Source: Tubiluchus corallicola (lineage: Eukaryota; Animalia; Priapulida). From it: a stretch of 64,000 nt of DNA. Shown here piece by piece: positions 44,401 to 56,400 of the stretch (positions within the stretch are counted from its first letter, which is position 1; the number at the start of each line of letters is the position of its first letter). Position numbers and translations under genes: made by a program. Below the pieces are notes generated by a model, which was given only the letters and a program-made list of their open reading frames with translations, was not told the DNA's origin and ran no database searches. The stretch lies in assembly GCA_030141605.1 (NCBI GenBank), contig JAQGDQ010002366.1, forward strand, positions 814,660 through 878,659, given 5' to 3'.

Positions 44401-47400
44401 CTACCAGCAAGTGTTACTGCATCCGAAATGGATTTGTCTGCTTTGTCAGCCAGTTCTTCAGCATTAGCGATTACTTCAATGGTGAATTTGTACCTCTCAA
44501 TAGCATCGACAGCTTCCTGGCCAATGTCAGCAACAGACGTGAAGGCTTCTGATATACGCTGAGCATCTGCCTCTATTTTCCGTAGGAGCCGATCGGTAGA
44601 CGTAGTTTGTAGTTCTGCTTCTTGTACAGCTTCTGATGCTATCTCCAGCCTCTCTGCAGCTTCTCTTGTTACAAGTGTCCATTCAGTTGATGCTTCTACT
44701 GCTTTGCTCAATGTGTCTGTGGCATTTCGAAACATATCCTCAGAATCTTCTAGTATTTTGATTGTTTTGTCAATGGCAGCCACAGTTCTATTAATTGTGT
44801 CGTTGGTTGCATTGACTTTTGTGTTAATGTCCAGTAGAGTGCTTTGAAAACTTTGAAGCTGAAGGTTAACCTGAAAAATTGATGTCTGGTTTGACTGGAC
44901 TGCATTCATGATCGTTATTAGGTCAGAGATTATTGCTTCAGCAGTTTCTTTTGTTTCCGTCACAGTTTCGTCCTGTAAATAATGAATATAAGTTAACGTA
45001 ACACTTTCAGTTTTTATTAAACTGTTAATTAATTATTAAAATCAGGAATAAAATCATTAGTTTTATGCCTGTATATGCATACCAAGCTGCCAGTTAGCTG
45101 TTTTAATTCTTTTATATTGTTGGTTAGGTTTCTAGCTTGTAACAGCTCTTGCATGAACAATACTTCTTCTTGTGTGAAATCGATGCTGACCTCATTGTCT
45201 GTAATTTCCAGATTCTCTACCTAGAAAATTTAAGGAACAGAGGTAGTGATACATTCAGGAACACATTTATTTTCAAAATAACATTTGTGTGATAATAAAA
45301 GAACTTATTTGACAAGTTGTTTTGCTGAGGTCGTGAGGTATTTCATCTATAAAGGGTTGTCCACATTTTGCTTCATGTGATTTGCTGTAAAACATGTGTG
45401 AGCATTGTTAAGATTTTGCCGATATCTGAGTTGCATATCTTAAATTTGGAAAAACTTGGATTGGCCGAATGAATATGTCATGTGTAATCATTTTACTAAT
45501 TATCCAAATATACTAATTTACTAAGTATAAGTTAATGAAAGTAAGTCATGCAGTTCAGTGAGACTCCTCGCAGATATTTACAACAAACTGAAGTAAGCGA
45601 GTTAAACAGTAGAGATTTATAGGCGAAAGGCATCTAATTCATACCATCTGATCAGCAGTGCTGACGTATCCTTGAATTACACCGAGAATGATGTGGTATG
45701 TGTTGTTATTGACCCTGTGTTTCTCTAGCAGCTCTTGTGCATTGAACAAGAACTGATGACATCTTGTTTGCAACATTTCGGTTTGGTTGAATATGGCCAG
45801 TACATCGTTTCTTGTTCGTTCCATTCGTACAACTTGTTGCTCCAGATCTCGTTCGTGAGTTGGCACCTGGTGAATTTATTTTACATAATAAGTACATAAA
45901 GGAGGATAAACAATGCTCAATTAAAAATCACTACCCCTATTTAAAAATCTAGTACAAGAGAAATTAGACAAAGAACAGAGTAAGTAGAGAACAGAACAAA
46001 GAACAGATTAGGTAGAGAACAGAGCAAAGAACAGGGTAAGAACATATTTACACAGCAAAGATTAGTAAACTAAATATTTAAAAAAGGGTTGTAAGCGTAT
46101 ATTGCCAATGGGTAAATATTTTCGACGTTAAAATGACATCAGTGTTAAGAATAAAACTGTGTATGACTACGTTGCTTGAATTTAAAACTCGCTGATGAAG
46201 GCTAAAAGTATTTTTACGTTGAATCTTTATAAAATGATTACAGCCATTTTCGGCACATATTCTAGATCTTGTGCTGCCGCTGTGATCCACAGATTACAAC
46301 AGTAAAAATATGAACCATAAGATTTTAACGACGTGTTTGACATCAAGAGAGCAAAAATTAAAATTTATATAAAGAATATTAAATCTAATTGAGAACAGGC
46401 ACAATTGATTTAAAATTTCAGCGTCGTTTTTAAGATTTTATCTCAAGAACTCATTTAAATTGTTGTTTAAGTAGAAACTGTAGCGAAATTAACTTGATGA
46501 GAAAGCAGACACTGCATATTCTAATTACTGTTGATGTTTGATCAAAAACAGAATGTATAATCCAAATAAAGGTATTTAAGGTGTTGTGCGTATACGTTTA
46601 GCAGTTATTCTGATAAAGGCGGCAAAAATGACTTACCAAAAATGATACATATTTGTAACATTTATTGTCAAAAAAAGACACATTTTGATGTAGCTGAAAA
46701 AATTAATAATAATAATAATAATATATTAACTTCATTTAGAGCATAGTCCAGGAAGAACACCTTAAGTAACTCTGTACTTATTTCCAAGGCGATCTCGATT
46801 ATTATTACCCACACGTTACGACGATAAATGCACGTGCTTGGTCGAAGAACCAGCGGTACCATTTTTGAAGTCCTTGGTATGACTCAGTTGGGAGTTGAAC
46901 CCTTAACCTCCCGGGTGGGAAGCGAGCATGCTGCCATTGAGCTGCACTACCAGCCTACTTTTTAAGTGTTTTCCGTAAGCATTGCCTTTAACCTTTAAAC
47001 CTTTTCAGTAATAGTTATGTTTTGCGAATAAATAAGAAATACGCTAATGAAAATAAATACATTATATGAATGTGAAATTAAAACTTGCCTGGCAGTACAT
47101 TTTATCCAAATATTTAGTATTTTACACCAAGGAGCTACTGGTAATAATTAATTTACATTTTTATCGAGAGATGTTGCTTTGCAGTTCTAATATTTCATGT
47201 CTCAGGAAAAAAACTTTGAACAGGTGAGTAGAATGAACAGTAACATCACAAGGAAAGCATCAGAAATTATTTAGAGAAATTGGCTCAAGTTTATCTAGCT
47301 CTAAAATAAGACTGAAAATGTTTTGCAAACTTTGCAGATGGCAAATCCTGTCAAAAATTTTACCTTATTTAAAAGTTCTCTAAGCTGTAATTGCATTTGA

Positions 47401-50400
47401 CTTAAGATTCCTGTTGATGTTGTGCCGAAAAAGTCCAGAGGTTCTGCCAGTTCCTGTTCTAATAATTGCAGTGTAGCTTCCTTCTCAACATATTGTCTAA
47501 GTTTCTCAGTATCATTGGCATAAATTTGTTCTCTTTCAAGCAACCTTTCACTGGCATCAAAGAGTGATGCATGACACTGTTCGCATTCACTACAGCCGTC
47601 TGCAGTAAAGCCAGTAAACATGCGCTTGCATTCCCCACATTGTCTACCACCTATACCGATCTTACATTCACACTGCCCTGTGGTCATGTCACATAGTCCT
47701 GTTGCAAAACTTTCTGCTACAGTACCAATAGGATCACAGTCGCACCGTTGACAGGGACGATTTGGCAGACCCCAGTATCCCTCAACACATTTATCACAGA
47801 ATTCTGAACGTGTGTCTACATTTGGAAGGCAGGGGCAAATGCCAGAATTGTCGCATTGAATAGTTCTGCTTCCATATTTATTGCATTTACAGTCGAGGCA
47901 ACCTTGTCGTGAAAATCTGTAGTATCCTTCTTGGCAAGAACTACATGTTCTTGTCCCAACCCCAGGATAGCATTCACATTGCCCTGTTGTATGGTTACAA
48001 ACATCTACAACTGAACCTGTCACATCACAGTCACATGGACTACAGTCTTGCTTTGATGCATCACCATAATAACCATCTAAACATCGATCACAATTTTTAC
48101 CTGTTGTCTTAAAGGCGCAGTCTATGCATGCACCTGTATCAGGATCACAAGTGTCAGAATTACCATGACAATTGCATGGTGTGCATTTACCACCAAGAAG
48201 AGGCTCCCCGTAATAAAATTCAATGCACTGGTCACATAAATTACCTGTATAACCTTGCTGGCAGTTCAGACATAAGGGACGTCCATTTGGTAGTAGCTCA
48301 CATTCTGTGCTGTTCACTCGTGGTGGAATGCAAGGACATTCTCTACAATCACCTGGTGTCCCAATAGTCGCATTTCCATAAAATCCAAGTTTACAGAAGT
48401 GACAGTTAAAACCTTCGGTATTGTGTTTGCAAGCTAAGCATTCGCCAGTGAGCTCGTCGCAGCTGTCAGAATGTCTATGACACTCACACCGAATGCATTC
48501 TCCCAGAGGTAATCCGCCTTTCCGTCTGTACCCAGTAGCACATTTTTCACAAGAAAGTCCTCTATAACCTGGACCGCATTCACACTCCTCTACGCTTACA
48601 GATTTCAGAGGTGAAAATGCATGAAGTGCTTTTCCGTATGAGATCCAGTACAGTCTTACATCATGTGCTCCATCATTGTATGCTGCTGGAACAAGAAATT
48701 CAGAAATATTTGCTAATGCAAGTAGCATCTGACTTCTTGTTGTATTTGAAACAAAGCTGGGGCTTTCTGTCCACTGGGTTTCATGTAGCTTAATTGATAT
48801 TTCTGTTGAGTCATCAGGCAAAACAGGAGAGAGTGTGTGGTACAGTGTAATTTCATTATTACTGTGGATAATTGCTTTTGGACCAGGAAGTGCTTCATTT
48901 ACTGTACCAAATGATGACAAGTCATCTTTGCTGTATTCAATGGTATAATTTATGTGGCTTCCATATGATGTCAGCAAATTTCCAGATAATTTTGGAATCT
49001 TCCAATAAATTTCATTACCACCTAGTCTAGGAATTTTCGCACTCAAACCTTGTACCCCTCGAATACGGGTCACATTAATTTCGACATTAAATTCAGACCT
49101 TCCTGACTCATCTACAATAGTGAAAGCAGAATAGTTGAAATTGGTTAGGTGATGTATGTATAGATTGGCTGCAAAGCATCTATCTGTTACACCCATGCAA
49201 ATACATTCTAAGCAACCTGTTTGATGCATTGTTGACTTAGAAAATGTGCCATCAGCACACCGATCACATAACAAGCCACCAGTTAAGTGCTTGCATTCGC
49301 ATTGACCTGTAGTTGTATTACATGCTGATGATATGCTGCCTGCCAGGTCACATCCACATGGTGTGCAACCTCTTTGTGACAGACCTTTGTAGCCAGCCCT
49401 ACATTCGCTGCATGTTTGCCCAGTAACACCACGTTTGCATCGGCACTCTCCAGTTTCAGTATTGCATTCGTGGCTTAAAGCTCCAACTCTACTGCAGTCA
49501 CACGGAAGGCAACCACGTGTAGCATTATATCCCCAGTGCCTTGGCTCACATTGGTCACATTGTTGCCCTCTTGTATTAGAAGGACAACTGCATTGGCCGC
49601 TTATGGGATCGCAAACTTCACTGTGCCCAAAACAATTGCAAGGTTTGCAACCATTCCCTGTTAATGAGTAAAAACCAACTTCACACTGTCTGCATCTGCG
49701 CCCACTTACTCCTTCTTTACATGGGCATTGGCCTCCATATGTTTCACACGTACTAGAGAAGCTACCTAGACGATGGCAGTTGCATTGGGAAGCGCCATCT
49801 AAGTAAAATGACACAACCGAGAATGCTGTTGGCATGCAATATCCTCTTTCTCGTGTCACATCACCAGATATGATATTGCAGCGACTAGCAAACTGCTGAG
49901 CCTCAGCTAACCCAAGCACATCTTCGGGAAAATAAAACTCATTTGGTAGGAGCACAAGACGATCCATGCGAATTTCCGCATTTGTTTGTATGTTGATACG
50001 TATTCTGTACTCTCCTGGATCAAGATTAAACAATTCTCTGTTTCCTGCTGTTCCAATTGCTTGATAGCACCACCTCAAACAAAAGTTGAGCAGAGTTGTA
50101 CCTTGCACTAAAGCACCAGCTGATGATGTGAGCTCTATGTTCACTACCGCTGTGAATTGCATAATGTAACGGATTAGTATATAAAATTGTCCTTTGAAAC
50201 CCTCCGGTACCTGAATAATTCCTCGAACAGTGTCCTGCTGTCCAACAAGAAGTGTATAACCAGGACCTAAAAACCCAGGATACAGTGTGTCATCCCTCTG
50301 AAAAGCAAAACTATGAATGTCTTCAAGATCAGCATAGATGAAGTGAAAGGTTGGCAAATAAGAATTTGTTCGTACTTGATTACAACGAGGCCCATCAATA

Positions 50401-53400
50401 TTATTGCGACAGTTACACATGCCTGTTCTTTTATCACAACCATCATTAGTTGCACCACCCCGATCACAGTCACACTTTTTACATCCATCTGGATCTGTTG
50501 CATCTAAATTGTAGAAGTTATCTAGACATTCATTGCATTGGCGTCCACCCACATTAACTTTGCAAGCACACTGTCCTGTTGTAGAATTACAGTCAGTGCT
50601 ACCACCTATCGCTCCTGCCGTGTTACACCTACATGGTTCACAGCCTGCTGGATTGTCTATATCTAATTTGAAGTAACCTTCTTTGCATAAATCACATTTT
50701 GATCCAATGACATTATCCTTGCAAAAGCAATTGCCTGGGTTCATGTTGTGCACTTGCTGTTCTTCAATGTCTCTAACGCATTGACCAGTTAATATGTTCA
50801 AGCTTGGATTTCCCTGTTTAATTCCAGCAAAGTTGCAGTTACATGGTTCGCAGGCATTGATGTCTGATTGCACTCGACCCAAAGGTCGATAATACAGCTC
50901 TGTACATTTCTCGCAGTTAATGCCTGTTGTGTTGTGTTGACAGTTGACACAAACGCCACCACCTTCGTATTGTCCATTAGCACTAAGACTCATCAATTGT
51001 TCTTCAACTTCACTCCTGTACTCACATGATGCTGCATGACCATAACATTCGCATTCTTGACAAGCCTGTCCTTCAACAAAAGCAAACTGGTTGAACAAAG
51101 GCAGGCATTCGTTGCATGATTTACCTCCTGTATTTCCTCCACAAATACATTCATATTTTCCTGTCAACTCATTGGGCTCACAACCTAATTCTTGTCCATT
51201 ACAAACACATTCAGCAAAGATTTCCAATTCACGCACAGTAAAATGTTGGAATAAGTCACCCCTTGCTCCCTCTGTAAGTTCCATGTCAAAGAATTTAACC
51301 CGTATCTGCTGAGCTGCAGTCCAATCTGGTATAGTAACATCATTAAAATCTAGTATTAAAATTTCATCACGATTGGCTGGTGTAGGTAGGGTGTACTCAC
51401 GGCAAATAACTTCGTTAACTCGGCTGGGAAGGAACAGTTCTTGTACATTGAAGGCATCTTCACAGTCTGCTGCATCAGTAACCATGTGTGCCCAAGGTCT
51501 GAAAAATTAATAACAATAATAATAATAATAATGCACTAAAATGATGTGGTATATTAGTATGAGATGCTTATTAGCATCAACACCACAATGACAGCAATAG
51601 CAGCATTAGCAACTTCAGCAACAACACCAGCAGCAACAACTACAGCAGCAGCAGCAACAACAACAACAATTACAAAAATGGTACTGGTGATTATACGGCA
51701 AGAACATTAACAATGTTCGTGTTAATCACGATGGTCATCATTTCTTCTCGTCAATTTCTAATGCATCCTAAGTGAATAATAAGTTTTTCAATGCTGCCTT
51801 TGGCTACTTATCTCTTTGAGTGAGCCAAGGCACACCTCTGTTATAATGGCTCATTAAAGGATTGTTTTTAGACAAATATTTCCGTAATTTCCCTTAGAAG
51901 AAATGCTTCTTACCTGAATCGTCTCCCATTATCAACAGTTTTTTCTACTGTCAGACGCCCTGGACGTTTGGAATCATACATTTTTATTATTATTTCTTTC
52001 ACGCGAAATTCTTGCTCTAGGTCAATTTGAATAACAGATTCTGGTCCTGGTCGGGAAAATCCTCTTTCACGGAGTCGAGATCTTGAAGCACTTTGCCAAA
52101 ATGTGTTGCGATCTCCGTCAACCATGAATCGGGGTGGATGAGACTGAAAGCGTGATGCAGCGTCACATACTTCCACAACACGTAGTGATTCGGCTTGCAA
52201 GACTTCAAAGTGACGATAGAATTCTTCTGGACCATCTAATCCGCATGTGACCTCCGCCGTGATTGGGCGACCTAATGCCATGTTGACAGGGATATTTTGA
52301 GCTAGTGCCTTTATCCAGAAAATGCCAAAGATTAGTATTATGATCGCCCAATGCATTTTTAACAGATATGAGAAATTGTTTGTTTTGTATATCACACACA
52401 ACAACTGCACATCATAGTCCTGTAGTGTTTGAAATATGTGTCTTCTATTGCCAGTGCTGCATAAATAGCTTTGCTAATGGTATAAAGAATCTATATATTA
52501 TGTACAGGTCACAGCTGTTATGTGTCACTGCTCCTTTAGTGAAACAGAATTGTCAGATAGCTATGATGTACTTGTAACACCTGGATCAGATGTCATAAAT
52601 GAAATATTTATTATCACATTTTAGGAAGATTTAGATAATTTTATTTTCACAACAGTCACTTGCATATTACCACTTTGAATAAAACAGAAACATAAAATAA
52701 TAACTATTACTTTTTTGCAAATTGATGTTTCAGCAAACTTCAATATAAAAAATAGCAATGAATGTTGTGAGTAGAAGGGAAGAGCAAAGCTTTCGAACCC
52801 TTCCCTCGAGTGAGGTGCTATATCGTGTTAATGAAGACAATGATTCAAGACAAATATACTGACTTACTTAAGTTCACAAAGGATGCCGTGTAGCAGCATC
52901 AAAAAGTACATTATTCTTGATTAATCAAGAATTATAAAAATGAATAAAACTGTCTTCTTACAAGATTACGTTGCAAAAATCAAATGAGATGCCGTTTCTG
53001 TAGGTCAACCATAGGTAATAAATGACTTACCAACTTAACAAGCCTTATTAAAGTGCTCAGTTTGAATGAATTCAAGTGGGTTTACATTATATCGTATGAG
53101 AAGTGAGACTTTGTAATAGATGCAATTTTCTTTTAATGTGTTAAAAACCTTCAATGAAATTTGAAATTATAACAACATTATTGCCAATGCAAAACTGCTG
53201 TTTGAAGTTTAATAGGCAATTTCTTTTGCTATGTAGCTCATAGACACAAAATTAAAAAAGGCATAGCATCGAGGACTGGCAAAAAACGTTGTTCAAAAAA
53301 ATTATCGTGAATGTCTAATCGTGAATTATCGATAAATGAATCAATGCAATTTTTTTTAATGGAACATGCATTTTTTGTGTGCTTAATGAATATGTATTGC

Positions 53401-56400
53401 ACTTCAAATAAAATTCATTGGAAGTTTCTTGACTTTCTTTATAGGTATTGAACTTTCAAACAAACTGTCCAAGCTGCAATGCGCCAGCTGAAACGCACAT
53501 GAAAGTTGTAGGTTTGTATGCCTTTAAATTAAATCCATAGTATCATTTAATATATTTTGTGTAATTAGTGAACATGACATGCGTCATGCGTATAATGCAA
53601 TACAGTTGATGTACTTTATTATTCATTTTTATTTTGTTTAGCATAACTAAATATCATTTTGAGTCCTATATTCATCAAAAATATGAGATGCAGATATAAT
53701 GATGTCTTGTGAAACACTTTTTAATAAGCACTGCCTTCACCCTCACATGAACAAACAAATATTTAATTCTATGCTACTTCAGACGAAGCGCCTGTTGAAT
53801 GAATAAACAGCTATATTTTAAAATTTACTCTACTTTATGTTTGTCAGAGAAACATCGCTAATGGGGATCGCAGTCCTAATAATGTACTGTATTATTTTTA
53901 ATGACAACATATACCTGAAACACATATTAACTTTGTGCTGTTGTTCAGGATTTTTTTATTTTGCAGCTATTCCACATTTTAAGGAAGTCATCGTCATGGC
54001 AACCAACTGTGAGGCATGTGGGCATCGAACGAATGAAGTGAAATCTGGAGCCGGAATTTCACCTCGTGGTTCACGAATATCGTTGCTTTTGAAAAACCCG
54101 GTTGACTTAACACGTGATGTTTTGAAAGTAGGTTCTTACAATCATTTTGGAGTAGGTTTTTTTAGTTCATCCATAAATGAAATTCACATATGAGTCATAT
54201 ACCATTACTGAAAAAATTAAAAAATGATTGACAAAGATTTTATTTTTTATGATGATGCTTTACATAAATTTAACTTCATTAGTCTAGAAAATCGTAGGCA
54301 AAAATTAATTTGTACTTTTGCTTCTAACAATAGACACTTGCTTCCTTTTTACAGGTTAGTGTGAACAACCAAATTAATCACAATTCTAATAAATCACTTA
54401 TGCCTAAAATTTGAATAGAATGCTACAAACATTCAGCAATGCCTGTCGTAATAGCCGTTCCACAGTTTTGTCGTGCACACGCGCTGTTGCTATAGATCAA
54501 AGGTTAAGTGTACCACAGCAATGCCGCTTAACTACAACTGTCATTAGTCTGTGCATAGATCGATTTACTAGTAGCATCTTGCTTGGGAACAAGAAAAAAA
54601 TAAACTGGGTGAAATTCTGTTGTTAAAACTGTTAAAGCTGTTAAAACTGTTACTATTACGACATGTATCATAGGCTGCGAGGCGTTGTCAAGTGTACATA
54701 AATGCGTTGCCTGGTACACTTAACCTTTGACCTTTTCACAATCATCATCAATTGCTGGAACTGTGAAAAGGCTTATTAAGACTATAACTAGAAGCACCAA
54801 TTTTTAAAAATTATATTAAACAAATTTATTGTCACAATTGTTTTATAACTGTTTTACTGTCTTTATCACAGTACTTTGTGACAACAATTTTTCAATGCTT
54901 TTTTATAGACAATATTTCCTAAATAATTTATGTTTTAGTATTTAATCACTTTTTTGTCTTCTTTATTTCATTACATTCAAACCTTATATTCAGTTTATTA
55001 CTGCTGTAGTGTGACTGTTAATAAAACTCATTGTTCATTTATTATTTATCATTTGCAATCTTTGATGTAGACTGTTTCATACTAATGTGCAAACATTATG
55101 TTAGTGAAAACAAAATTTATCACATTGGGTAAATCTATAGCTATTTAAAAAATCTCCAAATCTTTACGTACATTATTTTTGTTGTGAAGAAACTATGCGT
55201 AATTGAACGCATTTAACTATTGCTTGTTTAGAAATTCAGCTATGCAGTGTGAAGCATTAAATTACAATGTCACATTAGTAATAAAAGTGATTTGCTTACA
55301 GTCAGACACATGTGCTTTGGAGGTACCTGAACTGCAGCTGGAGCTATCAATGGGAACTTTGGGAGGCAAGTTCACTACTGTTGAGGGTTTGTTGATGAAT
55401 GTTAAGGAACAGGTAAATTTTCTTTCTTCTTCTCTACCTACAGAAAGTTGATGTTTATATTAGCCTGTATTTACAGGATTTTGGTTATGTCTTTTGATGC
55501 ATTAAAAGAACTAAAGCTGGGCTTAATCTGACAAGTGGAATTTTCGCTATCCATAAGTTAACTTTATAGGCCTAAAATTCTAGTCATTTTTTGCTTCAAC
55601 GATCAGTTTGAATGCGAGTTCTAAGGGTTGATTTTATATCAACTTTATATGCCCCATTGCTTTTATTTCTTTTATAATAGGTAGATGGGTGGTGATGCAC
55701 AATTTTCCAGCTTAATCTTTTCATTTTATGATTACTCATGTTGCATGCACTGTAGCACTAAGCCTTTTCGCAGTTTTGTGTGCATGCACACTTGCTATAG
55801 GTCAAAGGTTAAGTGTACCACAGTAAAGCATCTTAACTGCAACCGTCACGTGACATGTGGGTAGTATAATAATAATAATATTTAATATTTAGAATTTATT
55901 AAAGCAATGTCATCTGCCACATCAGTTCAGTGGCTTCAGTTGTTTTATGTCGACTTTACTTAATTATTTATTAGTCTACGGGTAGAGCAATTTACTAGCA
56001 AGACCTTGCTTGGGAACAAGAAAAATGAACTAGGTATGGTTCTAGCTAGCTGTTAGAACTGTTATTATTACAGCGGAATAGGTTGCGAGACGTTGTCAAG
56101 TGTACATAAATGCGTTGTCTGGTACACTTAACCTTTGACCTTTTCTCAATCATTATCAGTTGCTGGAACTGTGAAAAGGCTTATTCAAAGTTTATGAGGT
56201 ATTTTACAATTACTCCAATTACATGCAATTTAGTATACTTTGTTCTGTATATTGTTTTTTATGCTGTTCGACACACTGCAAGCTGATTTGAACACTTAAG
56301 TCCTTGCCTACTTTATGGGCAATGTGGAATGGCATAATCGAATTTTAACACAGTAGGACTATCTTCTAAAACATGATACTGGACTTGTACAGGCGCTGGG

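Noticed and set aside
46860-46950. tRNA gene
   Set aside because: A and B boxes are present but run into a SINE body and (ATT)n tail with no clean acceptor stem, so it is called a SINE.
51594-51670. Poly-Q/poly-A coding exon
   Set aside because: Intronic for both ZPR1 and laminin. Both gene models are complete and in phase without it.
41251-52399. Many short ORFs overlapping the laminin on either strand
   Set aside because: Shadow frames of long coding exons with no recognisable motifs.
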